This document shows positions 46,568-55,861 of a DNA stretch of 64,000 nt, one piece after another; within the stretch, counting starts at the first letter, position 1, and every line of letters starts with the position of its first letter. The position numbers were made by a program, and so were the translations under genes. The notes under the pieces were generated by a model that worked only from the letters and a program-made list of their open reading frames with translations, was not told the DNA's origin and ran no database searches. The stretch is from Desulfobacterales bacterium (GTDB lineage: Bacteria; Desulfobacterota; Desulfobacteria; Desulfobacterales; UBA5852), in the NCBI GenBank assembly GCA_963674755.2, contig CAXXVS010000001.1:928001-992000 (forward strand). The letters are read 5' to 3'.

Positions 46568-47272
46568 CTATTTCTTTTCCTGCATGGCGAGGTGGGCGGC
46601 ATAGAGCCCGAGAAAGACGAGACTCAGAAAATAGAGCACGTCCCGGGAATCGATGATCCCCTTGGCCACATTCTGGAAATGGGAACTGGCCCCGATATAA
46701 TTGACGACATTGAGGATGGGGCCGGGGAAGAAGAAGAGCATCCGGTCCATCGTGGTCAGGACAAAGCAGATTACGGCCCCTAATATGAAAGCGATGATCT
46801 GGTTGCGGGTGAGGGCCGAGGCAAACAGGCCGATGGCGGTGAAAGCGGCCCCCAGCATAAGGGCCCCGGCGTAGCCGCCCACGACCGGTCCCCAGTCCAG
46901 TTGGCCCATTCCGGCAATGAAGAGGGGGTAGGCAATGGTCGGTACGAGAATGGCGCCCACGAAAACGACGCCGGCCAGGAATTTTCCCAGAATGATGTCC
47001 CGGAAGGTCACCGGCAGGGTCAGGAGGGTTTCGTAGGAGCCCGTATTGAGCTCTTCGGCAAAGAGCCGCATGGTGATGGCCGGCACCACGAAGGCGAAGG
47101 TCATGGGAAGCAGGTTGAAAAAGTTGCGCAGGTCGGCCTGATCGAAGACAAAAAAGGTCGAGAAGAACAACCAGCCGGTCACCAGAAGGAAGACCGCGAT
47201 AACGATATAGGCGATGGGCGAGATGAAGAAATCCTTCAGCTCTTTGCCCATGATATGGAGCACCTGCTGCAT
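46568..47272 (-). CDS. GldF-like ABC-2 permease
   Basis: 'KEL..FF.SPIAY', 'PAITMRLFAEE...GS.E.L.T.P', 'LGKF', 'NQI.AF', 'HF....KG.ID.RD..YF'. Confidence 0.9.
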   Translation of the reverse strand: MQQVLHIMGKELKDFFISPIAYIVIAVFLLVTGWLFFSTFFVFDQADLRNFFNLLPMTFAFVVPAITMRLFAEELNTGSYETLLTLPVTFRDIILGKFLAGVVFVGAILVPTIAYPLFIAGMGQLDWGPVVGGYAGALMLGAAFTAIGLFASALTRNQIIAFILGAVICFVLTTMDRMLFFFPGPILNVVNYIGASSHFQNVAKGIIDSRDVLYFLSLVFLGLYAAHLAMQEKK

Positions 47273-47273
47273 G

Positions 47274-48212
47274 TCAGTTCTCCTTGGTCAATTCTCGGAA
47301 GATGGTTTCCAGGTCCTTGGTTTGCTGGACGAATTCCACCAGGACCCATTCCGTGGCCTTGATGGCGGCATAAACGGCCGGTCGCGGATCCTGGTCGCCC
47401 TGGCAGGTCAGCACCAGGTTCAGTGTATCGGTCCCGTTGGAGGGGCCATCGGCGGCCGCGGTAATACCTTCGAGGGCATCCAGGGTTGCCAGGGCCTCCG
47501 CCCGGTCGGCATTTTGCAGCACCAGATGAAGACGCCGGGATCGGCTGCCGGACTGCTTCAGGGTCTCGGTGCGATCGTCCGCCACGATACGACCCTGGTG
47601 AATGATGACGATCCGGTCGCAGGTCGCTTCGGCTTCGCTCAGAATATGGGTGGACAGGATGACGGTTTTCTCGCGTCCGATTTGGCGGATGATGTCCCGG
47701 ATTTCAACAATCTGGTTGGGATCCAAGCCCGAAGTGGGTTCGTCCAGGATCAGGATTTCCGGGTCGCTCATCATGGCGTGGGCCAGACCGACGCGCTGTT
47801 TCAGCCCCTTGGACAATTCCCCGATGGTTTTGTGCATGATGCCCTGCAGGCCGCAGAGATCCACCAGACGGCGGATGCGCTGCTGCTTGGCGTCGTTTTT
47901 AAGCCCGCGCACACTGGCGATGTAGTCCAGATAGTCGAAGACGAGCATGCCGGGATAGAGCGGTGCGGATTCCGGCAGGTATCCGATCAGGTGTTTGATG
48001 GCCACCATATCGTCCTGGATGGTGAGGTCCTTTATGGTGACCTGTCCGGCCGTGGGTTTGAAATAGCCGGTCAGCATGCGCAGGGTGGTGGTCTTGCCGG
48101 CGCCGTTGGGCCCCAGCAGTCCGATGATTTCCCCCTTCTGGATGTCGAGGTCGATGTGATCCACGGCGCAGAAGTCGTCGTAGTACTTGGTCAACCCTTC
48201 GACTTGGATCAT
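47274..48212 (-). CDS. GldA-like ABC ATP-binding protein
   Basis: Walker A GPNGAGKT; 'LSKG.KQRVG'; 'ILDEPTSGLDPNQ'; 'STH'. Confidence 0.93.
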   Translation of the reverse strand: MIQVEGLTKYYDDFCAVDHIDLDIQKGEIIGLLGPNGAGKTTTLRMLTGYFKPTAGQVTIKDLTIQDDMVAIKHLIGYLPESAPLYPGMLVFDYLDYIASVRGLKNDAKQQRIRRLVDLCGLQGIMHKTIGELSKGLKQRVGLAHAMMSDPEILILDEPTSGLDPNQIVEIRDIIRQIGREKTVILSTHILSEAEATCDRIVIIHQGRIVADDRTETLKQSGSRSRRLHLVLQNADRAEALATLDALEGITAAADGPSNGTDTLNLVLTCQGDQDPRPAVYAAIKATEWVLVEFVQQTKDLETIFRELTKEN

Positions 48213-48403
48213 ACCCGTTCTCCTTGCAGTTGAAGCACCCGAATGCGGTTCGTGCCGGTCCTTGTCCGGAGGCCGGCCGGGATGGGTGCATTTCGTTTGG
48301 TTGGCCATGGCGGATGCCATGCACGGCCCTTTGGGCCGCGTTGACGGTATTGCGCCAATGATGGCGGGCCTGCTCTATCACGGATCGCCGGAGTCTGCAA
48401 ATT

Positions 48404-48419
48404 GGCAATGATTATGCCT
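48404..48419 (-). promoter_or_regulatory. possible sigma54 promoter for the GldA-like operon
   Basis: Minus-strand AGGCATAATCATTGCC (GG-N10-GC, TTGC) with an AT-rich tract upstream. The site is near-palindromic, so it could instead be an operator. Confidence 0.4.
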
Positions 48420-48574
48420 AAATTACAATTGGTTATAGATTTTAAGAAATGGTGGTACGTACCGTTCCGGATGGCGGGCCGAGCGGTACCGGCGATCGGA
48501 CGCCCCGCTTGCACCGGGTTTTCGGCAGGGTGATCCGGGCACTGGGATCGCGCGTGCCTGTTTGCCACTATATC

Positions 48575-48716
48575 GTGTCCATCCATCGATGGTAGATTTT
48601 GGTTACTGGCAAGGCTCAAATGAATTTTCAACCGGAGGAATAGCCCGCTATTTCGAGGATTGAAAACGAGCGAGAACGCCGCCAGGGGCCGAAAGATGCC
48701 ATCGATGGATGGACAC
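48575..48716 (+). repeat. MITE-like palindromic repeat, copy C (short variant, perfect 18-bp TIRs)
   Basis: GTGTCCATCCATCGATGG ... CCATCGATGGATGGACAC; 142 bp; non-coding; nested internal inverted repeats. Confidence 0.88.
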
Positions 48717-48956
48717 CTACGGATAGCGGATGGGGGTCGTTCGCCGTCGACCGACGAACAGGTGATCGCCAAGAAACGGATAAAGTTGCATGCTGTTCCC
48801 CAGGAACCGGTCGTTTTTTCAGGCTGAATGGTGTTTCGGTTGGTCTTTACATCGAGCTAAGCGCTTGGTAACGTTTGGGATACTAAGAACGATAACGAAA
48901 ATGTCAAGACGCCCGAAGGCGCCCGTGGGGGGGCGTCGCTGTCTCGGGGGAGGACC

Positions 48957-49631
48957 ATGGCTGCCAACGTTTTCCAAATGACACCGGAAGTGTTCCAGAT
49001 TGGCGGGGCCGGTTTCACCGCCGCGGAGGATGCGGCGGTCTATCTGGTGGTTGTCGAAGGTCAGGCCGCTATGATCGACGCCGGCTGCGGGGGCAGTGTC
49101 GATCAGCTTCTGGCGAACGCCTGGGCCTGCGGCGTCCGGCCGGACGATCTGCACGATCTGTTTCTGACCCATTGCCATTTCGACCACACCGGCGGGGCGT
49201 TCGAACTGCAGCGGCGGCTGGCGCTGCGGGTGGTGATGCATGCCCTGGATGCCCCTTTTGTGGAAACCGGCGATCCGGAGGTCACGGCCGCCGCCTGGTA
49301 TGGGGCCGCCCTGCAGCCGTTTCGGCCCGATCATGTCATCGCGGGGGCAAGTGAGCTGTTTCGGATCGGCGGGCGGGGGCTGGAGGCCCTGCACATGCCT
49401 GGGCATTCCCCGGGCTCGGTGGTTTACCTGCTCGAATCGGCCGGGCGCAAGATCTTATTCGGGCAGGATGTTCACGGACCGCTTCATCCCGCCTTGCGAT
49501 CCGACCGCCAGGCCTATCACCATTCCCTGCAGCAGCTGATCGCGCTGGAGGCCGATGTGCTGTGCGAGGGGCATTTCGGTGTTATCGAGGGCGCTGACCG
49601 GGTACGGCGCTTTATTCAGCAGTATCTCTGA
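48957..49631 (+). CDS. MBL-fold metallo-hydrolase
   Basis: 'IDAG', 'LTHCHFDHTGG', 'PGHSPG', 'FGQD', 'EGH'. Confidence 0.92.
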   Translation: MAANVFQMTPEVFQIGGAGFTAAEDAAVYLVVVEGQAAMIDAGCGGSVDQLLANAWACGVRPDDLHDLFLTHCHFDHTGGAFELQRRLALRVVMHALDAPFVETGDPEVTAAAWYGAALQPFRPDHVIAGASELFRIGGRGLEALHMPGHSPGSVVYLLESAGRKILFGQDVHGPLHPALRSDRQAYHHSLQQLIALEADVLCEGHFGVIEGADRVRRFIQQYL

Positions 49632-49721
49632 AGCCGGCGCTCATAAGCACCAAGGCCGGGAAGCCCCGAAAGGATAAACGCGGGCGGTGGGAGGGCCGTG
49701 CCGGCAAGGGCAGGCGCAAGG

Positions 49722-50045
49722 TCAGCTGTCCGGATCCTGATCCAGCCGGTTTTGGATGGCCTTCAAACGGTAGTTGGTTTCCCGCAGGGCCACCCGCATT
49801 TCTTGCAGGACGGATAAAACGTTCGTTTCCGTGTCGGGGGGCGTGTCGTTTCGCCCCGGTCCGATCTGCCGCACGATGTCGTCCAGACGGATGCTGAGGG
49901 TAACGATGAAATACAGCAGCAGCATGAACATGTAGTCGTCCTTGAGCCAGTTCAGGTAGAAAAACCCGAAAGCGATCAGGGCGATAAAAAGGGCACTGGT
50001 AATCGTATAGGGATGGCGTGCCACCCATTTATTCAGCGTCTTCAT
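49722..50045 (-). CDS. hypothetical two-TM membrane protein
   Basis: Two hydrophobic helices followed by a coiled-coil tail. Confidence 0.6.
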   Translation of the reverse strand: MKTLNKWVARHPYTITSALFIALIAFGFFYLNWLKDDYMFMLLLYFIVTLSIRLDDIVRQIGPGRNDTPPDTETNVLSVLQEMRVALRETNYRLKAIQNRLDQDPDS

Positions 50046-50375
50046 GCAGGTTCCTAAGCGTCATCGTGATGGGTTGGCCCACCATAGGAGATACCGCGCC
50101 AAAAATCAATCCAGGGGCTTCAGGCCGGCGGCGTACCTGCCCGGCGCCGGGGCGGTGCCCCTTCCGTGGGATCCGCCGCTGGCGATCCGAATCCTGAGGC
50201 GTATCCGGCGGGGGGGTCGGAATCAGTTTGTCAGGTTTTGGGATTTGATGCGACGAATTGACAACCCGATTGCCGGTGGGCACTTTGGTGCAACGCCTGT
50301 CATTTGAGTCCATGCCGTGCATTCCCTGGGAAATAGGCGCAAGCGAGGGGGCGCGGCTCTTGAGGAGAGATTGCC

Positions 50376-51140
50376 GTGCGATGCCGATGGTCCATCGCCG
50401 CTATGATGCTGCTGGCCGTGTTCGGGCTTTGCGTCTTCCGTATCGAGCCGGCCGCGGCCGATCCGCCGACGGTGGACAACGCCCTGTATGCCGGACTGCT
50501 GGCGCGCCATGTCCACCACGGGCTGGTGGATTACCGGGGGTTGCAACAGGAAGAAACCCAGCTGGATCGCTATCTCGACGTTCTGGCAGCCGTTGTGCCC
50601 GACCTTCTGTCGGTCGACGAGCGCTTTGCCTTTTACGTCAATGCTTACAACGCCTGGACCTGGAAGTTGATTCTCAATCACTACCCCGGCATCCGATCCA
50701 TCAAGGACGCGGGCAGCTTCTGGCAGAGCCCCTGGAAGAAAAAACTGGCCCGCATCGACGGCCGTCTGCTCACCCTGGACGAGATCGAGAACGATATCCT
50801 GCGGCCCCAGTTCAAGGATCCGCGCGTTCATTTTGCCATCAATTGCGCTTCCAAGGGCTGTCCGCCCCTTTACAACGTCCCTTTCAACGGTCGTGATCTG
50901 GACCGCCAGCTCGATCATGTCACGCGGGCCTTTATCAACGATCCCACGCGCTATCGGCTGGCGGGTGACGTTCTTTTAGTGAGCCGGATCTTCAAATGGT
51001 TTCGCGAGGATTTCCATGACGATATCATCGGCTTTTTCCAACTCTATGCCGAGGGCGATCTGAGGGCCGTCCTGCAAGCCAAGGCCCGGGACCTCGACGT
51101 GGAATTCCTGGCCTACGACTGGTCCCTCAACGGCGCATGA
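50376..51140 (+). CDS. DUF547 domain protein (exported)
   Basis: 'VDY..L', 'AFYVNAYNA', 'TLDEIE..ILR', 'DPRVHFAINCASKGCPPL', 'S.IF.WF..DF', 'YDWSLN'. Confidence 0.92.
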   Translation: MRCRWSIAAMMLLAVFGLCVFRIEPAAADPPTVDNALYAGLLARHVHHGLVDYRGLQQEETQLDRYLDVLAAVVPDLLSVDERFAFYVNAYNAWTWKLILNHYPGIRSIKDAGSFWQSPWKKKLARIDGRLLTLDEIENDILRPQFKDPRVHFAINCASKGCPPLYNVPFNGRDLDRQLDHVTRAFINDPTRYRLAGDVLLVSRIFKWFREDFHDDIIGFFQLYAEGDLRAVLQAKARDLDVEFLAYDWSLNGA

Positions 51141-51202
51141 GACAATGTCTCGGCCCACATGTAAGGAAACACCAGCGGGCGGGCCGCAAAAGGGGAGAGG
51201 GC

Positions 51203-52699
51203 ATGACATCCTATGATTATGACATCGCCATCATCGGCGGGGGGGCCGCGGGCCTGACCGTGGCCTCCGGGGCCGCCCAACTGGGTGCCCGCACCCTGCT
51301 CATCGAAAAGGACGCGGCCCTGGGTGGCGATTGTCTGCATTACGGCTGCGTGCCCAGCAAAACCCTGATCAAATCGGCGCAGGTGTATTACGCCATCAAG
51401 AATGCCCGGGCATACGGCTTGCCGGACATCGAGGTGCCCCCCATCGATTTCCGCCGGGTGGCCGATCGCATCCGTTCCGTGGTGGCGGTGATCCAAAAAC
51501 ATGATTCCGTGGAACGGTTCTGCGGTTTGGGAGCCCAAGTGGCGTTCGGCGCGGCACGCTTCACGGACGACCACACCGTCGCGCTCGAGGGGCGGTCTTA
51601 CACCGCCCAAAAATGGGTTGTGGCCACCGGGTCCTCGCCCGTTGTCCCCCCCATCGAAGGACTGGCGGAGGCCGGCTACCTGACCAACCGGGAGATCTTT
51701 TATATGGAGCGCCTGCCGGCCTCCATGACCATCCTGGGCGGAGGCCCCATCGGCATCGAAATGGCCCAGGCCTTCAATCGCTTCGGTTGCCGGGTGAGCG
51801 TGGTGGATAGGGGCCGCCAAATTCTCGCCAAGGAAGACAAGGACATGGCCGATGAGGTGATGGCGGTGCTGGAAGAGGAGGGCGTCACCTTCCATCTCAA
51901 TGCCAAAGTCATCCGCGTCCGCAGAGAGGGCGCGGCGCATAAGGCGGTTGTGGTCCAGACCGCGGACGGGGAGCAGACGCTCGTTTCCGAGGCGCTGTTG
52001 GTGGCCAGCGGCCGGTCGGCCAACGTCGGGGGGTTGAATCTGGAGGCCATCGGGGTGGCGTTCGACCGCGGCGGCATCAAGGTGGACGAGCGCCTGCGAA
52101 CCTCCCGGAAGCATATCTTCGCGGCCGGCGACGTCAACGGCGGCTACCAGTTTACCCACGCCGCCGGCTACGAAGGGGGCCTCGTGGTGGCCAATGCCGT
52201 TTTCCGTCTGCCCCGCAAGGCGGATTACACCTATCTGCCCTGGTGCACCTACACCGATCCGGAGCTGGCCAGCATCGGCCTGAACGAGAAAGCCGCCCAG
52301 GCCCGCGGCGAGGCATACAGCGTGTTCGCCGAAGCCTTTGCGGACAACGATCGCAGCCTGGCCGAGGGGCAGCGCCGGGGACGCATCAAATTGCTGCTCG
52401 ACCGCAAGGAAAAGCCCCTCGGTGTCCAGATTCTCGGTCCGCGGGCCGGCGATCTGGTGAGCGAATGGGTGGCCGCCTTGAACGGCCAGGTCAAGCTGGC
52501 CACCCTGGCCGCGGCGGTGCATCCCTATCCCACCCTGGGGGAGATCAACAAGCGGGTGGCCGGCAGCTATCTGGCCCCCAAGATTTTTTCCGAAAAGGTC
52601 AAAAAGGGGCTCAAGTTGATCTTCAGCCTGAAGGGGCGGGCCTGCGGCGGCCCCCGGGACCAATGCCGGCAGGATTGTGAGCGGGGGGAGGACGCATGA
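51203..52699 (+). CDS. class-I pyridine nucleotide-disulfide oxidoreductase (LpdA/MerA-like)
   Basis: GxGxxG 'IIGGGAAG'; redox 'GGDCLHYGCVPSK'; 'GGGPIG.E'; 'AAGD'; 'HPYPT'. Lacks the MerA vicinal CC. Confidence 0.9.
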   Translation: MTSYDYDIAIIGGGAAGLTVASGAAQLGARTLLIEKDAALGGDCLHYGCVPSKTLIKSAQVYYAIKNARAYGLPDIEVPPIDFRRVADRIRSVVAVIQKHDSVERFCGLGAQVAFGAARFTDDHTVALEGRSYTAQKWVVATGSSPVVPPIEGLAEAGYLTNREIFYMERLPASMTILGGGPIGIEMAQAFNRFGCRVSVVDRGRQILAKEDKDMADEVMAVLEEEGVTFHLNAKVIRVRREGAAHKAVVVQTADGEQTLVSEALLVASGRSANVGGLNLEAIGVAFDRGGIKVDERLRTSRKHIFAAGDVNGGYQFTHAAGYEGGLVVANAVFRLPRKADYTYLPWCTYTDPELASIGLNEKAAQARGEAYSVFAEAFADNDRSLAEGQRRGRIKLLLDRKEKPLGVQILGPRAGDLVSEWVAALNGQVKLATLAAAVHPYPTLGEINKRVAGSYLAPKIFSEKVKKGLKLIFSLKGRACGGPRDQCRQDCERGEDA

Positions 52700-52791
52700 C
52701 GGGGAATGCGCCATCGTCTAACCCATCGGCATGGCGCAGAGCGTGCCCCGCGCCAGTTCCCATTGGGGTGCGTACAGAGGAGAAGACAGAC

Positions 52792-53487
52792 ATGGATGCC
52801 AACAGCGGGGAGAATGACGGCCGCCGCAAGGCCATATGGAAGGCGGCCCTTTTTCTCCTGTTCATCGTCGGAGCCATAGGTCTGGTGCGCTACTCGCCGC
52901 TGAAGGCCTACCTCACGACCGGAGCGCTGCAGCAATTCCTCGATGCCGCCGGTTTCTGGGCGCCGGTGGTCTTCATGCTCGTGTATGCCGCCGGGGTGTG
53001 CCTGTTCATCCCGGGCACCCTTCTGACAGGCTTGGGGGCGGCCATCTTCGGGGCCTATTGGGGCTTTGTGGTTGTCTGGGTGGGGGCCATGCTGGGGGCC
53101 GCTCTGGCTTTCCTGATCGGAAGGACCCTGGGCCGGGACTTCGCCGCGTCCCTCATCGGCGACCGGCTGCGCAAATATGACGATGCCATCCGGCGCAACG
53201 GGTTTGCCACGGTGTTATACCTGCGGCTGGTCTATTTTCCCTTCACGCCGCTGAATTTCGGCATGGGCTTAACGAGCGTCCGCTTCCGGGACTATATCTT
53301 CGGGACCGGTTTGGGGATTATGGTGGGGACCTTTGTTTTTACCTTTTTCGTCGGAACTCTGAAAGAGATCTGGGCTTCCGGGGATTGGGGACGGCTGCTG
53401 TCCGTCAAAGTCTTTTTCGCCATTGTCTTGTTTGTTTTCTCCTTTTTTATTCCGAAGGTGATCAAACGGTTGCAGGGCGAGGCTTGA
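52792..53487 (+). CDS. TVP38/TMEM64 (DedA/VTT) family membrane protein
   Basis: 'PG..LT..G..IFG', 'GA..AF.IGR', 'LRLV.FPF...N...GLT' motifs. Confidence 0.92.
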   Translation: MDANSGENDGRRKAIWKAALFLLFIVGAIGLVRYSPLKAYLTTGALQQFLDAAGFWAPVVFMLVYAAGVCLFIPGTLLTGLGAAIFGAYWGFVVVWVGAMLGAALAFLIGRTLGRDFAASLIGDRLRKYDDAIRRNGFATVLYLRLVYFPFTPLNFGMGLTSVRFRDYIFGTGLGIMVGTFVFTFFVGTLKEIWASGDWGRLLSVKVFFAIVLFVFSFFIPKVIKRLQGEA

Positions 53488-53535
53488 ATCGGTTGGGGCC
53501 ATCGTTGCCATACTGGAAATGGAAAACCGGCTGTG

Positions 53536-53565
53536 TTGACAAGATAAAGCAGGGCACGCTATCAC
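53536..53565 (+). promoter_or_regulatory. possible sigma70 promoter for the ABC operon
   Basis: TTGACA (53536) - 18 bp - TATCAC (53560). Confidence 0.4.
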
Positions 53566-53575
53566 ATAGCGCCTC

Positions 53576-53693
53576 GTCCTCCCGAACTGCCCGCCAAGGA
53601 TGCCGCAGAGAATGATACGGCAGTAGACAACCCATAGGCTGATGCGGGAATCGTCGATATCTTCCTCGTCCTGGCATGGGCATCGGGAGGGAC
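53576..53693 (+). promoter_or_regulatory. candidate structured 5' leader RNA
   Basis: GTCCTCCCGA/TCGGGAGG(G)AC, TGCCC/GGGCA and GCCA(A)GGA/TCCTGGC outer stems enclosing an inner TGCCG/CGGCA hairpin; ends about 10 nt before the RBS. Confidence 0.35.
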
Positions 53694-53717
53694 AAATCCT
53701 TTGAGGAGCAAACGCTG

Positions 53718-54953
53718 ATGATTACATATGCTGCTATCCCCAAAAGCGTCCTTATGATGATGGTGTCTATCGCCGTGCTGACCTTGGCGATGGGTGAAGC
53801 TGTTGCGGATGAGCGGTCCTGGGAAGAGATCGTATCGGCCGCGCGCGGCCAGACGGTGGATTGGTTCATGTGGGGGGGCTCGCCCGCGGTGAACGCTTAT
53901 GTCAATGGGTATGTGGCCGAGCAGCTCAAGACACGGTACGCAATTACCCTGCGCCAGGCACCGGTCAAGGACATCGCTGAAGTGGTGGGCAAACTGGTGA
54001 TCGAAAAGCAGGCCGGCAAAGAGCGCGACGGGGGTGTGGATCTCATGTGGATCAACGGCGAGAATTTCCGGACTTGCAAAAAAAACGGCCTGCTCTACGG
54101 CCCCTTTGCGGACCGGCTGCCCAACCAGAAGCTGGTCAACCGGGAGAACCCTTCCGTCTCCAACGACTTCGGGGAGCCGGTGGAGGGCCTGGAGTCCCCC
54201 TGGGGCAGTGCCCAGGTGGTCATGATTTATGATACGGCGCGCGTGTCCCAACCGCCCCGCACGATTGGCGCCTTGCTGGAGTGGATCAAAGCCCATCCCG
54301 GCCGCTTTGCCTATCCGGCGCCGCCGGACTTTACCGGCTCGGTTTTCGTGCGCCACATCTTCTACCACGTGTCCGGTGATGCTCAACGCTGGCAGGGGCC
54401 CTTCGATCAGGCGGCCTTTGACCGGGCGGCCGCGGAAACCTACCGGGTCTTGAAGGAACTGGCGCCCTATCTCTGGCGGCAGGGGCAGACCTATCCCGAA
54501 TCGCCGGTGCGCCTGAATACGCTCTTTGCCGACGGTGAAGTGGACTTCTCCGTTTCCTACCACCAGGCCGAGGCCTCCCGCAATATCATCGACGGGCTGT
54601 TCCCGGATACGGTGCGCACCTTTGTTTTCGACGAGGGCACCATCGCCAACACCCATTTTGTGGCCATTCCCTTCAATGCCGCGGACAAAGCCGGGGCTAT
54701 GGTGGCGGCCAACTTTTTATTGTCGCCCGAAGCCCAGCTTACCAAGGCCGATCCCGACGTATGGGGGGATTTCCCGGCCATCGACCCGACGCGTCTTCCG
54801 GCGGAATGGCAGACACGCTTCCGGCAGCAGGCCCGGGGCATCGCTACCCTGAGCGATGCCCAACTCCAGGCCCATCAACTCCCGGAGCCCCCCTCGCAGA
54901 TTTTGATTCAGTTGGAGAAGGGTTGGCAGGAGCATGTCCTGAAAGGACGCTGA
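53718..54953 (+). CDS. ynjB: YnjB-like ABC transporter substrate-binding protein
   Basis: 'W..I...ARGQTV.W..WGG', 'VDLMWINGENF', 'DFG.PV.G.E.PWG.AQ', 'YPAPPDFTG..F', 'GTI.NTHFVAIP.NA', 'NFLLSPEAQ..K'. Confidence 0.85.
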   Translation: MITYAAIPKSVLMMMVSIAVLTLAMGEAVADERSWEEIVSAARGQTVDWFMWGGSPAVNAYVNGYVAEQLKTRYAITLRQAPVKDIAEVVGKLVIEKQAGKERDGGVDLMWINGENFRTCKKNGLLYGPFADRLPNQKLVNRENPSVSNDFGEPVEGLESPWGSAQVVMIYDTARVSQPPRTIGALLEWIKAHPGRFAYPAPPDFTGSVFVRHIFYHVSGDAQRWQGPFDQAAFDRAAAETYRVLKELAPYLWRQGQTYPESPVRLNTLFADGEVDFSVSYHQAEASRNIIDGLFPDTVRTFVFDEGTIANTHFVAIPFNAADKAGAMVAANFLLSPEAQLTKADPDVWGDFPAIDPTRLPAEWQTRFRQQARGIATLSDAQLQAHQLPEPPSQILIQLEKGWQEHVLKGR

Positions 54954-55861
54954 TGATATCGCGCGCCCGCCAAGACCTCGACGCCCGCACGCGGCCGGGG
55001 CCCGGATTCAAAGGATTGACGGTCCTGTTGGCCCCTGCCCTGGCGATCGTGCTGGTTCTATTCGGGGGCGGTCTCGCGCTGGGAGTGATGCAGGCCATGG
55101 GCTATCTGCCCGGCGCCGGTTTGGGGCGTCTGGGATTCCAGCATTTTGCACAGGTGCTGACCGATCCGGATTTCGCCACCAGTTTTGCGCTGACCTTCTA
55201 TGTCGCGGGCGTCTCCACGGCCATTGCCGCCGGGCTCAGTATCCTGGCGGCCCTCGGCCTGGCATCGCTGCGATCGCGATGGGTTCACTTTATTTTCCAA
55301 ATTCCCCTGACCGTGCCGCATCTGGTGGTGGCCGTGGCCATGCTGTTCCTGCTGGCGCCGGCCGGCCTGTTGTCCCGGGGGGCGGTGGCGCTCGGCTTGA
55401 TCGCGGGCCCGGCGGATTTCCCTTTGCTGATCAACGACAATTGGGGCATCGGGATCATCCTGGTCTATGTCTGGAAGGAGATTCCGTTTATCACCCTGAT
55501 GATTCTGGCCGTGCTGCGCAATTCCGGCCGGGAGCTGCTGGATGTGGGCCGCACCCTCAAGGCCGGGCCCTGGCAGCGGTTTCGCCATATCACCCTGCCG
55601 ATAATCTTCCCGGCCCTGGCGGCCGCCAGTCTGATCGTGTTCGCCTTCACCTTCGGCGCCTTCGAAGTCCCCTACCTGCTGGGTCGCACCTACCCCATGA
55701 CCCTGCCGGTGTGGGCCTACAAACATTATAGTGACATCGACCTGCTGGCACGCCCGGAGGGCATTGCCGCCGGGATCGTCATTGCCCTGGTGGTCGCGAC
55801 GGCGGTGGTGCTGGCCCAGATGCTGACCAGGGCCGCCCGCAAGAAGGGAATGGTCCTGTGA
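54953..55861 (+). CDS. ABC transporter permease (PotB/YnjC N-half-like)
   Basis: 'PLTVPHLV', 'WKEIPF', EAA-like loop '..GRTLKAG.WQRF..I.LP', 'FEVP..LG'. Confidence 0.88.
   Translation: MISRARQDLDARTRPGPGFKGLTVLLAPALAIVLVLFGGGLALGVMQAMGYLPGAGLGRLGFQHFAQVLTDPDFATSFALTFYVAGVSTAIAAGLSILAALGLASLRSRWVHFIFQIPLTVPHLVVAVAMLFLLAPAGLLSRGAVALGLIAGPADFPLLINDNWGIGIILVYVWKEIPFITLMILAVLRNSGRELLDVGRTLKAGPWQRFRHITLPIIFPALAAASLIVFAFTFGAFEVPYLLGRTYPMTLPVWAYKHYSDIDLLARPEGIAAGIVIALVVATAVVLAQMLTRAARKKGMVL

Noticed and set aside
51203..52699. Mercuric reductase MerA
   Set aside because: No NmerA domain, no C-terminal vicinal CC and no mer genes nearby.
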